Origin: Candidatus Woesearchaeota archaeon
Lineage (GTDB): Archaea; Nanobdellota; Nanobdellia; Woesearchaeales; JABIAG01
Length of the DNA stretch: 64,000 bases
Reading direction: 5' to 3'
Assembly: GCA_018653365.1 (NCBI GenBank)
Contig: JABIAG010000003.1
Location: 96,001-160,000, forward strand
Of the stretch, positions 30,615 through 40,230 are shown one piece after another. Numbering within the stretch: the stretch's first letter is position 1; every line of letters begins with the position of its first letter. The notes under the pieces were generated by a model. It was not told the DNA's origin and made no database searches. It saw only the letters and a list, made by a program, of their open reading frames with translations. Both the position numbers and the translations under genes were made by a program.

Positions 30615-31457
30615 ATGATGAAAATAAGTAATGAAATCGAGTTTAGTCAAAGAGATGTTTTACGAAACATTACTCTTCCAAACAAACTTGATTCTAAACT
30701 TGCCGAATTAATTGGGGTTTTAATGGGTGACGGACATATAGGGATTTATGCTGATAAAACAAGAAACAACAAAGTTTGTCGTTATCAAATCCACATTTCT
30801 GGGCATATGCTTGATGATTATTTACATCACCACTATGTCAATGCATTGTTTAAAGATGTTTTTAATGTACAGTTGAAAATTAATGTTCAAGTAAAGAAGA
30901 ATGCATTGTATTCCACGATAGGTTCAAAAGCAATAGCGTTATTTTTTAAAAGTATGGAGTTTCCAATGCGTAACAAAAGTAATAGCTGTGCAATTCCCCC
31001 ATTAATATTCTGTGCTTCGCAGAACGCAAAAGCTGCTTTTTTGCGTGGAGTTTTTGATACAGATGGTACCTTGACATTTAAAGAACGAAAGAAAACCAAT
31101 CATTCTTATCCAGTAATAAAATTGATATTTAAATCAGAAGTATTAGTGGAAGGTTTAAGAATTTTACTTACTGATTTAAACATTTATTTTACTTCTAACA
31201 TAGAAACATCTTTTGATAAAAGGTTTGATAAATGGTTTACGAAATATGCAATTTACATTAGGGGACATAAAAATTTAAGTAAATGGATAAACCAAATTGG
31301 ATTTAGTAATCATAAACATATCACAAAACATAAGATTTGGAAGAAATTTGGTTTTTGTCCTCCTTATACAACAATCAAACAGCGAGAATATATTTTGATA
31401 GGTATTCTTAATCCGAGCTCATTCTATAAAAATAATGGCGGGCCTGCAGGGATTTGA
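30615..31457 (+). CDS. Free-standing double-motif LAGLIDADG homing endonuclease
   Basis: LAELIGVLMGDG and AFLRGVFDTDG motifs; no intein or intron host; stop codon lies inside the antisense tRNA-Arg. Confidence 0.9.
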   Translation: MMKISNEIEFSQRDVLRNITLPNKLDSKLAELIGVLMGDGHIGIYADKTRNNKVCRYQIHISGHMLDDYLHHHYVNALFKDVFNVQLKINVQVKKNALYSTIGSKAIALFFKSMEFPMRNKSNSCAIPPLIFCASQNAKAAFLRGVFDTDGTLTFKERKKTNHSYPVIKLIFKSEVLVEGLRILLTDLNIYFTSNIETSFDKRFDKWFTKYAIYIRGHKNLSKWINQIGFSNHKHITKHKIWKKFGFCPPYTTIKQREYILIGILNPSSFYKNNGGPAGI

Positions 31458-31535
31458 ACCCTGGGTTTACAGCTTAGAAGGCTCTAGCGGAAGACAAAGT
31501 CCTCTGTCGCCTTATCCAGACTAGGCCACAGGCCC
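31436..31535 (-). tRNA. tRNA-Arg(UCU) with 22-nt non-canonical intron (31484-31505), CCA encoded
   Basis: GGGCCUG/CAGGCCC acceptor, D arm GCCU/AGGC, anticodon arm ACAGC-CUUCUAA-GCUGU after intron removal, T arm CAGGG-UUCAAAU-CCCUG. Confidence 0.92.
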
Positions 31536-31592
31536 ATGCTTATAAAGAAGGCACAAAACTTTTATAAATATATCGGATTTAATTGTAGAAAC

Positions 31593-31664
31593 GCACCCCT
31601 GGCCAAGCGGCTAAGGCAAGTGGCTGCAACCCACTGATCCTGGGTTCGAGTCCCAGGGGGTGCT
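31593..31664 (+). tRNA. tRNA-Cys(GCA), CCA not encoded
   Basis: GCACCCC/GGGGUGC, AGUGG-CUGCAAC-CCACU, CUGGG-UUCGAGU-CCCAG. Confidence 0.96.
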
Positions 31665-31728
31665 CTTTATATTTTATATTTTAGAAATATTTTTAAACTT
31701 AAGTGGGGATTTAAGCAGGGGTGATAAA

Positions 31729-32331
31729 ATGAAATTAATAATTATTTTAACAATTGTTGCGTTAATGCTTCTTGTGGGTTGTTCTCAAGATTCCGCGGTT
31801 ATGACTGATGCCGTTCAAGATTCTGCTTCTGAAGTTCAAGATGTGGTGCCTGAGAGTACGGTTGAGGTTGATACTGATGCTTCTGAGCTTAATGAAGTAG
31901 GTCAGGATAATGCTAGAAAACTTCGTGAAGCTATGACGGTGGCAGAAAGAACAAGAGTTTTCCCTTCTAATAAGAAAATAAGTAAAGGGGACGGTTATCA
32001 GTTTGCGCTTGGATTTGGTAATCCTTTGAATAGAGACCAAGGTTTAAAGACTCAAGTTATATTTAGAAAGGCAATGGGCAGACTTTCAAATGAATTAATT
32101 GTGGATGACGCAGAAATTCAAAAGTGGGTTGTTAATGATGTGATTCCTGATGTAACTGTTGAAGCAGGGAAGATAAGCATGTTACCTTTAACTGTTGCTG
32201 TTCCTAGTGAGGATGTACAAAGTGGAAGTTATACTTTTACTGTTACATCGTATACTACTGAATCTGTGCATAGGGATGTGAGTGGATGGGATGAGTATGG
32301 CAAATTCGATTTTGTTGTGATTGTCTCATAA
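31729..32331 (+). CDS. Putative lipoprotein
   Basis: GGTGA SD then MKLIIILTIVALMLLVGC lipobox; ORF-track start 31660 overlaps the tRNA. Confidence 0.75.
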   Translation: MKLIIILTIVALMLLVGCSQDSAVMTDAVQDSASEVQDVVPESTVEVDTDASELNEVGQDNARKLREAMTVAERTRVFPSNKKISKGDGYQFALGFGNPLNRDQGLKTQVIFRKAMGRLSNELIVDDAEIQKWVVNDVIPDVTVEAGKISMLPLTVAVPSEDVQSGSYTFTVTSYTTESVHRDVSGWDEYGKFDFVVIVS

Positions 32332-32364
32332 GCTTTTTAAACTTCTTTTTTTTAATTTGTTATT

Positions 32365-33117
32365 ATGAATAAAGTTTTAGTTTCAAAAGGTAAAAAACAA
32401 GTTATTGATGGGAAGGAAAGGACTATTAGAAAACCAAGTCAATATTATGTGAAAAATTCTGACTTTAGTTGTAATGAAGGTTATATCAAGTTGTTAAAAA
32501 CAGGCAAGGTTAAAACTAATAAGGGAAAAGACTTTTTTTGTTTTGATTCAACTTTTTATGATGAGTTTAAGCAGTTAAGAAGGGGAGCTCAAATTATCAC
32601 TCCTAAAGATGTTGGCATAATACTAACTGAAACGGGTTTAACTAAATCTTCAACAGTTGTTGAGGGAGGTAGTGGTTCTGGCGCTTTAGCTTGTCGTTTA
32701 GCCTCGTTTATTAAACAAGTCTATTCCTATGATATCGAAAAAGAAAACATAGAACTTGCAAAAAACAACGCCTCTGAACTTAAACTAAAAAACATAACAT
32801 TCAAACTTAAAGATTTAACAAAGAAAATAGATGAGGTCGATGTTGATGCGGTTATTCTTGACATTCCTAATACTGAAGCTGCAGTTAAAACTGCACTGAA
32901 AGCAGTTAAGGTTGGTGGCTTTATTGTTGCTTACACTCCATCTATACCTCAAGTTATGAATTTTGTTGAAGAGGCAACTAAACAAGTTAGTCTTCAAGTA
33001 ATAAAAACAATAGAGTTAGTTGAACGTCAGTGGAAAGTAAATGGTCGAGCAGTAAGACCTATTTCTGAAGCTATTGGTCATACTGCATTTCTTACTTTTG
33101 TTAGAAGGGTTAACTAA
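32365..33117 (+). CDS. trmI: tRNA (adenine57/58-N1)-methyltransferase TrmI
   Basis: RGAQIITPKD, EGGSGSGAL, ILDIP, RP....IGHTAFL. Confidence 0.92.
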   Translation: MNKVLVSKGKKQVIDGKERTIRKPSQYYVKNSDFSCNEGYIKLLKTGKVKTNKGKDFFCFDSTFYDEFKQLRRGAQIITPKDVGIILTETGLTKSSTVVEGGSGSGALACRLASFIKQVYSYDIEKENIELAKNNASELKLKNITFKLKDLTKKIDEVDVDAVILDIPNTEAAVKTALKAVKVGGFIVAYTPSIPQVMNFVEEATKQVSLQVIKTIELVERQWKVNGRAVRPISEAIGHTAFLTFVRRVN

Positions 33118-33118
33118 G

Positions 33119-33724
33119 CTATCTAAAACTTTTCATTTTCTTTTCTAAAGCCGCTTTTTCTCTTTCCAGACTTCTTTTCTTTTGACGAAGTTCAGATCTT
33201 TTTTCCCTAAGTTCATTACGGGTTTCTCTAAGAAGTTTATATACGACGTCTAATTTGGCTGTTAAAGATGCAATATCTTTTGTAAGAGCATCCCAGTCTA
33301 TGTTTTCTAGTTTTTTTCCTGCTTGAGATGTTTTTCCATCTTCTATTTCGTCTCGTAAGTCTTCTAGGTCGTCATAGGTTTTTTCTAATGCTGTTATTTC
33401 TTTTTCAATGCTTGCAATTTCGACTTCTGCTTTTTTAAATTTTATTTCATTTCGCATCATACTTACCTGAAGTGCAAATCGGTTATATTCTGCGCCACTA
33501 ATCTCCCTTTTGGAAGCTTTTTTTCGTAATTCTTTTAGTTTTTCTTGAGCCTCTTTTAATTTTGCTTCTAATGTTGTGAGTTCTTCTACTAATCTTTTTC
33601 CTTTTCCCTGTCCTTGAAATTCAACCATTGCAGTTTTTTTAATATTTTCTACCGCTTGCACTTGATTTGGACCCAATAAAGCTGCAAATAAACTCATTGC
33701 TGTTAGAAGTTTTCTTCCTCTCAT
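33119..33724 (-). CDS. Secreted coiled-coil protein, hypothetical
   Basis: Signal-like N-terminus followed by heptad-rich E/K/L sequence. Confidence 0.7.
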   Translation of the reverse strand: MRGRKLLTAMSLFAALLGPNQVQAVENIKKTAMVEFQGQGKGKRLVEELTTLEAKLKEAQEKLKELRKKASKREISGAEYNRFALQVSMMRNEIKFKKAEVEIASIEKEITALEKTYDDLEDLRDEIEDGKTSQAGKKLENIDWDALTKDIASLTAKLDVVYKLLRETRNELREKRSELRQKKRSLEREKAALEKKMKSFR

Positions 33725-33835
33725 TTTAATAAGTAAGCCCTTATATACTATTTAAGTATTTCGTTTCAGTACAACTCTTCTCTGATTAGACTGATTAAAC
33801 CAAACTTTAATAAACATAACAATGAACTAATTTGA

Positions 33836-34357
33836 ATGGATAATAAAAAGGTTGGAATGTTACTTATAGTGTTGGGAATAATTCTTTTATCTAGTGTTCA
33901 GATTAATAAATCTAGGGATGATCAGTTAATCAGTAAGATTGTTGCTGAGCAGGATACTTGTTTTTTGGATGATGGTACTTGTTTACATGATGATCGTGAT
34001 CTAACTGCATATTTTACTGGAATTATTCTTTCTGCAGTTCTTATTGCCCTGGGGCTTTTTTTAATTTTGTTTGAGAAAGGTCAGAAAGAGATCGTAACTG
34101 CGTTACATGAACAAAAGCACCTGAAGATTGAGGAAGAAAAGTTTTCTATTCTTTTAAGAGGACTTACTAAAGAAGAAAAAAGGGTTATAGTTGCAGTTAA
34201 AAATCAGGATGGAATTACTCAACAAACTCTTAGATTAAGAACGGATCTTCATAAGTCTAAGCTTAGTATTGTTCTTGACGGTTTAGAAAAGAAGGATTTG
34301 ATCAAAAGAGTGGATCACGGTAAGACTAAAAAAGTTTTCTTAAAAATCAACTTGTAA
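33836..34357 (+). CDS. Membrane-anchored winged-helix transcription regulator
   Basis: Two TMs around a TCFLDDGTCLH loop; GITQQTLRLRTDLHKSKLSIVLDGLEKKDLIKR wHTH. Confidence 0.82.
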   Translation: MDNKKVGMLLIVLGIILLSSVQINKSRDDQLISKIVAEQDTCFLDDGTCLHDDRDLTAYFTGIILSAVLIALGLFLILFEKGQKEIVTALHEQKHLKIEEEKFSILLRGLTKEEKRVIVAVKNQDGITQQTLRLRTDLHKSKLSIVLDGLEKKDLIKRVDHGKTKKVFLKINL

Positions 34358-34468
34358 ACGGTCTATCTGTCAAATTTCGCGTTCTCAGAGGTTATAGCCA
34401 CCTCAGTTTCAGCCCTAAAATATATTTACTTCTATAATTTTATGATTTAAAATAAAGGAGGTGAATTA

Positions 34469-34663
34469 ATGAAAAAAGGGATAATTGCAATATTGGTGTT
34501 GACTGCAATTGTTATAGGTGCTGTTTTTGTAACAGCTAATTTAACAGAAAACACCCCTGAGTTGGAAGAAACAGATTCTTCGAATCCTGCGTGTTACAAT
34601 GGTGCATGCAATGGGGATTGTGGAGGAAGTTGTGGAGTGCCAACTTGTGGCTGTGGGAGATAA
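34469..34663 (+). CDS. Small exported Cys-rich protein
   Basis: GGAGGTGA SD; signal/TM; C-terminal CYNGACNGDCGGSCGVPTCGCG. Confidence 0.75.
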   Translation: MKKGIIAILVLTAIVIGAVFVTANLTENTPELEETDSSNPACYNGACNGDCGGSCGVPTCGCGR

Positions 34664-34695
34664 TTTTATCTCCCTTTATAATTACGGAGGCAAAA

Positions 34696-35367
34696 ATGAA
34701 AACAAAAAGATTATGGATGACTACATCAATTATATTATTTATTCTGCTTTTGATATCAGTTTTTACTGGAGGGTTTAAAACTTATTTATTGGCAGATGAA
34801 ACACAACAAGAGGCAGTACCAAAACCCCCTATTGAACAAATCAATCTACAAGATTTGATCGATGATGATACAGTAAAAGGTGATCCTAATGCTCCAGTTA
34901 CAATTGTGGAATGGAGTGATTTTGAATGCCCGTTTTGTGAAAGATTTTATCAACAAACATTGGGACTTATAGAAAAAGAGTATATTGACACAGGGAAAGT
35001 AAATATGGTTTATCGAGATTTTCCATTGAGCTTTCATGAGAATGCACAAAAAGCAGCAGAAGCTGCAGAATGTGCAGGCGAACAAGGAAAATTTTGGGAG
35101 ATGCACGATTCTCTATTTGAGAATGGAGTGGAAGGTGGTGTACGTTCTTTCAAAAAGTTTGCAAAAGATCTTGACTTAAACGATGCAGAATTTAATGAAT
35201 GTCTTGATTCGGGGAAAATGGAAAGCGAGGTGAAGAAAGATATGGTTGATGGACAGAATGCAGGAGTAAAAGGAACGCCAGCATTTATAATAAATGGAAA
35301 ATTACTTTCTGGAGCTCAACCATTTAGTGTGTTTAAACAAGCAATCGATGAGGCATTAACTGAATGA
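34696..35367 (+). CDS. DsbA/BdbD family thiol-disulfide oxidoreductase
   Basis: APVTIVEWSDFECPFC, RDFPL, GTPAF, GAQP; ATG 34696 after GGAGG. Confidence 0.93.
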   Translation: MKTKRLWMTTSIILFILLLISVFTGGFKTYLLADETQQEAVPKPPIEQINLQDLIDDDTVKGDPNAPVTIVEWSDFECPFCERFYQQTLGLIEKEYIDTGKVNMVYRDFPLSFHENAQKAAEAAECAGEQGKFWEMHDSLFENGVEGGVRSFKKFAKDLDLNDAEFNECLDSGKMESEVKKDMVDGQNAGVKGTPAFIINGKLLSGAQPFSVFKQAIDEALTE

Positions 35368-35447
35368 TTTTTTTCTTTTTTTCATTTCAATTTTTTATTT
35401 AACTGTTCAACATCAGTTTATTAACCACTCTTCAAACCCTGCATATA

Positions 35448-36257
35448 ATGGTAAAAAGAAATATTATTAAGATTGATGAGGATAAGTGTAATGGGTGTGG
35501 ATTATGCATTCCTAACTGTCCTGAGGGCGCATTACAAATTATTGATAACAAGGTTAGGTTAGTTTCTGATCTGTTCTGTGACGGGCTTGGTGCTTGTATG
35601 GGACACTGTCCTCAAGGTGCTATTGAGGTTGAAGAACGAGAAGCAGAACCTTATAATGAATATAAGGTCATGGAGAATATTGTTAAACATGGTGAAAACA
35701 CAATTACTGCTCACCTGAATCATTTGCGAGCTCATGGCGAAACTAAATATTTGACTGAAGCCCTAGATTTTTTAAAAGAAAAAAATATTGATGTTAAACC
35801 TGAAGAGGACAAACCAGATCTTGCTTGTGGCTGCCCTGGCACTGCGGTAAGAGAGGTTAATTGTGATGAAGATGTTACTGATACCAATAATTCTTCTGCA
35901 TTAAAACAGTGGCCAGTTCAATTGAGCTTACTTCCTCCAAGTGCACCATTTTTTGATAACTCTCACTTATTAGTTTGTGCAGACTGTGTTCCGTTTGCTA
36001 CTGCTAATTTTCATTCAAAATTGTTAAATGGAAAGTCTTTGGTTATTGGTTGTCCTAAACTGGATGATCCTGATCCTTATGTTGCTAAGCTTTCGGAAAT
36101 ATTCAAGAATAACAATATTAAGTCAATTACTGTTGCGATGATGGAGGTTCCTTGTTGTTATAGTCTTCACTCTATTGTTGAGCGTGCTTTGAGAAAGGCA
36201 GAAGTTGATATTCCGTTAATCAAGGAAACTATTAAACTTAATGGAAATATTGAGTAA
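35448..36257 (+). CDS. 4Fe-4S ferredoxin-domain protein
   Basis: CNGCGLCIPNCP, CDGLGACMGHCP, QWPVQL, ADC, GCPKLD, MEVPCC. Confidence 0.9.
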   Translation: MVKRNIIKIDEDKCNGCGLCIPNCPEGALQIIDNKVRLVSDLFCDGLGACMGHCPQGAIEVEEREAEPYNEYKVMENIVKHGENTITAHLNHLRAHGETKYLTEALDFLKEKNIDVKPEEDKPDLACGCPGTAVREVNCDEDVTDTNNSSALKQWPVQLSLLPPSAPFFDNSHLLVCADCVPFATANFHSKLLNGKSLVIGCPKLDDPDPYVAKLSEIFKNNNIKSITVAMMEVPCCYSLHSIVERALRKAEVDIPLIKETIKLNGNIE

Positions 36258-38177
36258 TTATATTCTTTTTTTACTCCATTCATACACGATTGAAACAAGA
36301 ACAAATAGTATTACAAATTCAATAACAAGCATGAGACTTCCTGAGAATATTTGGTTAAATGATAACTCATAAAGTGTGCTCTTCTTTAGCATTACTTCTA
36401 AAACAATGTATGGGTTGATTGAAAACACTTTTGCAAATGATTGTTTCATAATTTCTAAAGGAAAGATTAATCCTGAGAACATGAATAAGATTAGTGACGT
36501 GACTACTGATGTAATAATTGCAGATTCTTCATTGTTCATTAAGTAACCAATTAGCAATCCAATCAATGAAAATATGGCATTACAAATTAATAATATTAAC
36601 AAGATAATCCAGTAGTTGTAGTGTAGATTAAGTTTTAGAACAAGATTTGAAAAGAGAAAAAGGCTGGTAAGGATTATTGTTGAGGTGAGTGCAGTTGTGA
36701 GTATAAAGCTCCATATTGTGGTAAACGAATTAACTGGCAGGATATGATTTCTGAAGTATGCGTTAGATGCTTTTTCTTTGATTACTAAAACTGATGACAT
36801 TATCAAAGAGATGAACAAGGAAAGCATAACAATCAGTGATGGGAAAAAGAATTCAATTGTGGAAAGTTCTGAATTAATTCCAACAGCTTCAATTGACAGT
36901 GGATTAATAATATCTAATGCATTCGCATTACTAACTTTTTTAATCTTTTCAGCAATATTTTCTGCACTTTTTTGAAATAGTTCTAAATCCTTAAAAACAA
37001 GAGTTATACTTTTTTGTCCTTTAGCTAAATCGTTTAATATTTCAGTTCTTAAAGTTTGAATTTCTTTAATTTTCTTTTCAGATTTGTCTTGTACTTTTTC
37101 AGCTTGTTCTATTGCGTCATGTAATGAGTTAACCTTAAAGTTAATATTATCAAATGTGGTTTCACTGACATCATTAAACTCGTCAACATTCTCTTTTACT
37201 GTTTGAATTCTTTCTTGTAAGTCATCAAGGTTAGAGCTAATTTCATCAAGGTCTTGGCTTAATAACAAAATATTTTGTGAAAGTGTGAATAGCATGGTGC
37301 AGGTAGGATCATATCCTTCATAATTAGAGTCGACAATAACTTCTGTTCCCTGAATTGTTATTGCATTTTTAAAACTTTTAAGTTGGCAGTGTTCACCTGC
37401 CATTTCAGCATTCAGATTGTTAACAATTTCATCTCTTGACTGTTTAAAACCATTAATTCTTGAATGGGTAAGGGCAATTTCTTCTTCTCCCCTAACTAGG
37501 TTGGTTTCAAGTAAGGAGATTATGTTTCTAATCTCTCTTTCATATCTTCTTATGTCTTCAGGATCTATGTCTAATTCATCTAAGTCAATATCTGCTCCAA
37601 AGTCAGACTTTCCTAACTTAAATGAGTTGAGAATGTTTTGAGAGTTGTTTAAGGAGGTTAGTAACGAGTTTGTTTGTGATAGCACGCTAGTTAGAGAGTT
37701 CGATTGGTTTGTTATGCTTGAAGAAGTGTCTGCTAATTCGTTAAGAAGATCGTTTACAATTTCAAAACTTATTATGTCGGTTGTTTCTTCAGTTTTCTTT
37801 TCCAAGAAACGTACGAGTTTGAATACTATACTTAATTTGGAAAAGTCAACATAAACATTTACTTTTTTCTTTGGTGGGTCAGGAAATTCTGCACATAAGT
37901 GGAATTTTTGTATTTTCATGTCTGCAATACATTGTTCAACAGTTGGAACCTCTTCAAGAAAAACGTTTTTGCTTTTAATATTGTCAATTAAGTAATTCAT
38001 CATTGATTCATTGTTTAGGTTGATATGTCCAATGTTAACTTTTTGTAGTTCCATGCTTTCAATTGATAGAGATAATAAAATTACTAAAATTATTGGTCCA
38101 AATAGTATTAAGAGCGTTGTTGTCTTGTTTCGAGACATTCGAATTACATTTTTCTTAATTATTTCTATTAGCTTCAT
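36258..38177 (-). CDS. ABC-2 type transporter permease with large coiled-coil ectodomain
   Basis: N-terminal TM, long helical region, C-terminal TMs with FSGLIFPLE. Confidence 0.85.
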   Translation of the reverse strand: MKLIEIIKKNVIRMSRNKTTTLLILFGPIILVILLSLSIESMELQKVNIGHINLNNESMMNYLIDNIKSKNVFLEEVPTVEQCIADMKIQKFHLCAEFPDPPKKKVNVYVDFSKLSIVFKLVRFLEKKTEETTDIISFEIVNDLLNELADTSSSITNQSNSLTSVLSQTNSLLTSLNNSQNILNSFKLGKSDFGADIDLDELDIDPEDIRRYEREIRNIISLLETNLVRGEEEIALTHSRINGFKQSRDEIVNNLNAEMAGEHCQLKSFKNAITIQGTEVIVDSNYEGYDPTCTMLFTLSQNILLLSQDLDEISSNLDDLQERIQTVKENVDEFNDVSETTFDNINFKVNSLHDAIEQAEKVQDKSEKKIKEIQTLRTEILNDLAKGQKSITLVFKDLELFQKSAENIAEKIKKVSNANALDIINPLSIEAVGINSELSTIEFFFPSLIVMLSLFISLIMSSVLVIKEKASNAYFRNHILPVNSFTTIWSFILTTALTSTIILTSLFLFSNLVLKLNLHYNYWIILLILLICNAIFSLIGLLIGYLMNNEESAIITSVVTSLILFMFSGLIFPLEIMKQSFAKVFSINPYIVLEVMLKKSTLYELSFNQIFSGSLMLVIEFVILFVLVSIVYEWSKKRI

Positions 38178-39123
38178 TTTTCATTTTTTGGTATTCTTTT
38201 GGAGTGCAAATACTGTTTTTTTTCAAGATGTCAAAGATTTTTTGTAACGATGGTTTTTCAATGTCAATAGAGACTAGTTCTTCTTTTTTTGTCATAAAAA
38301 TATGTGCTAGGTTTTGAACGTCTCTTGCACTATCGCTGGTGTAAATGTATAAGAATTGTTCATCTGCCGTATGGTATTGGGTTCTATGGTCGTATTTTTC
38401 TAGGGATTTTAAAATTGGTTCGTATTCTTTAGTTTCAGATTTGACTTTTATTATATCAAAGTCTTTTATTTCAGATTTTAATTTTTTTGGAGTTGTGGAA
38501 TCTAGTATGTGTCCATCTGAGAGTAAGATTACTTTATTACAGTATTCTTCAACCTCATCTAATAGGTGGGTTGCATAAATTGTGGTAACCCCTTTTTTAT
38601 TTATTGTTTTAATTATGTCTAAAATATGCTTTTTTAATCCTGGGTCTAAGCCAGTTGTGATTTCATCTAAGACTAAAATCCTTGGATCTGCCAGAAGCGA
38701 TATTGCGAGATCCAATCTTCGTTTCATTCCTCCACTTAGTTTTGCTGCAAGTAATTTTTCATTTCCTGTTAATTCAACGAGTTCTAATAATTTATTTGAC
38801 TTTTTTAGTGTTTCTTCTTTTGAAAGACCATTCATTCTTCCAAAATACATTAAGTTTTCCATAACGGTCAAATCAAAGTAGAAACTGTTTTCTTGAGTTG
38901 CATACCCTATGTGTTCTTTTTTCAGGGGTTTGTTGTTTAAAAGAATCTCTCCTCGTTCAGGGTCAAAGAATTTTACTAGAAGTCTTAGCAAGGTGGTCTT
39001 ACCACTTCCTGAAGGACCTATTATTCCTAGAAAGTCTCCTCTTCCAATTTCAAAACTTATTCCTTTGAGAACTTTTTTCTTTCCTAATGATTTCTCAACA
39101 TTATTTACGGAAATATAACTCAT
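38155..39123 (-). CDS. ABC transporter ATP-binding protein
   Basis: GPSGSGKTT, LSGGM, LVLDE. Confidence 0.95.
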   Translation of the reverse strand: MSYISVNNVEKSLGKKKVLKGISFEIGRGDFLGIIGPSGSGKTTLLRLLVKFFDPERGEILLNNKPLKKEHIGYATQENSFYFDLTVMENLMYFGRMNGLSKEETLKKSNKLLELVELTGNEKLLAAKLSGGMKRRLDLAISLLADPRILVLDEITTGLDPGLKKHILDIIKTINKKGVTTIYATHLLDEVEEYCNKVILLSDGHILDSTTPKKLKSEIKDFDIIKVKSETKEYEPILKSLEKYDHRTQYHTADEQFLYIYTSDSARDVQNLAHIFMTKKEELVSIDIEKPSLQKIFDILKKNSICTPKEYQKMKNEANRNN

Positions 39124-39165
39124 AACAAAATAAAGAAAAAAGGCTATATAAATTTTGTGAGAAGT

Positions 39166-39774
39166 TTATTGTGTGCTTAAAACGCATTCTGAGCTTACTT
39201 TAAATAAAATTCCTGTCCCTAATCCTGCCTGGGTGTTTATGATGTTTGTGTTACTTACTTCTGCGTACGTTGCAACGCGCCATTGTTGGTCGTTCGTGTC
39301 CCATCTTGCAATTTTTAGTAAGTCACAATTACCTGTGATCTCGTTTGTTTCTTTTCCTAAAATTTCTGGGGAAATGCCCACAAAGTTCCATCCTGGACTA
39401 AGCTCCCTTGCATTCCATTCAATATATGAATTTTCTGGGATGATCAGGTTAGAGTATGATTGGTCATAATTTTCTAAATAAACCCATACTGCCATGTTAG
39501 CCAGCTTGTCATCATCAATTAACGTCAAGGTGTTAACTTCAGGGTTAGGATAAACCCTTGCATATTCTTGAGTTTCGGGTATGAATGCATAAACTACGCG
39601 AACGTTAGCAATGTCTGATGCAAGTTGTGTTTCAACATCAAGAACGCCATAAAGAAGATTCCACCCATTTTGAAGTTGAACTGGAACACTTGTTTGACCA
39701 TTTTCAAAAGTAAAAGCTGAAACTAGAGAAAAACAAAATAATAAAACAATTAAAAAACTGGTTAACTTTTTCAT
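39166..39774 (-). CDS. Secreted hypothetical protein
   Basis: Signal peptide; two L.xGWN repeats. Confidence 0.75.
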   Translation of the reverse strand: MKKLTSFLIVLLFCFSLVSAFTFENGQTSVPVQLQNGWNLLYGVLDVETQLASDIANVRVVYAFIPETQEYARVYPNPEVNTLTLIDDDKLANMAVWVYLENYDQSYSNLIIPENSYIEWNARELSPGWNFVGISPEILGKETNEITGNCDLLKIARWDTNDQQWRVATYAEVSNTNIINTQAGLGTGILFKVSSECVLSTQ

Positions 39775-40193
39775 TCTTGCGGTATTGAAGGAGGTGAAAG
39801 TTCTTCTTCATCACAAATAGCGTCTTTAAACAATTCGCCATTAAATGCAACTAAGTAGTTTGCACCATCAAAGTCAAAGTGTATATCAATCATGATTTCA
39901 GAGCCTTCGGGTAGATCACAGATTGCTTGGAATTGTATTGGGATTTCTAAAACGCCTTCAGCATCAATTGTGCTTTCAACTTCGGCCGAACTAATTACTA
40001 CATCATCTGCTCTTAGTTTAATGTCTTGGACTATTAGTAAATTGTCAACTGCGCTTTCAATTACTAGTTTGTCGCCTTCAGCCCTAACGTCAACTAGTGC
40101 ATTTCCATTTCTGATTTCAGGGTCAACTGAAAAGTTCACGCATCCAACTACTAATGTTAATAACAAAATTCCTAGAATAATTATTGTTTTCAT
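39771..40193 (-). CDS. Putative lipoprotein
   Basis: MKTIIILGILLLTLVVGC lipobox; start moved to 40193. Confidence 0.7.
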   Translation of the reverse strand: MKTIIILGILLLTLVVGCVNFSVDPEIRNGNALVDVRAEGDKLVIESAVDNLLIVQDIKLRADDVVISSAEVESTIDAEGVLEIPIQFQAICDLPEGSEIMIDIHFDFDGANYLVAFNGELFKDAICDEEELSPPSIPQE

Positions 40194-40230
40194 GTTTAAA
40201 AGCTGGCTTGCTAGTATATAAAATTTTCTA

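Noticed and set aside
30615-31457. LAGLIDADG as part of an intein or group I intron
   Set aside because: top6A ends normally upstream, there are no splicing motifs, and no interrupted host gene surrounds the ORF
31660-31728. N-terminal extension of the 223-aa ORF
   Set aside because: Overlaps tRNA-Cys; SD and lipoprotein signal point to ATG 31729
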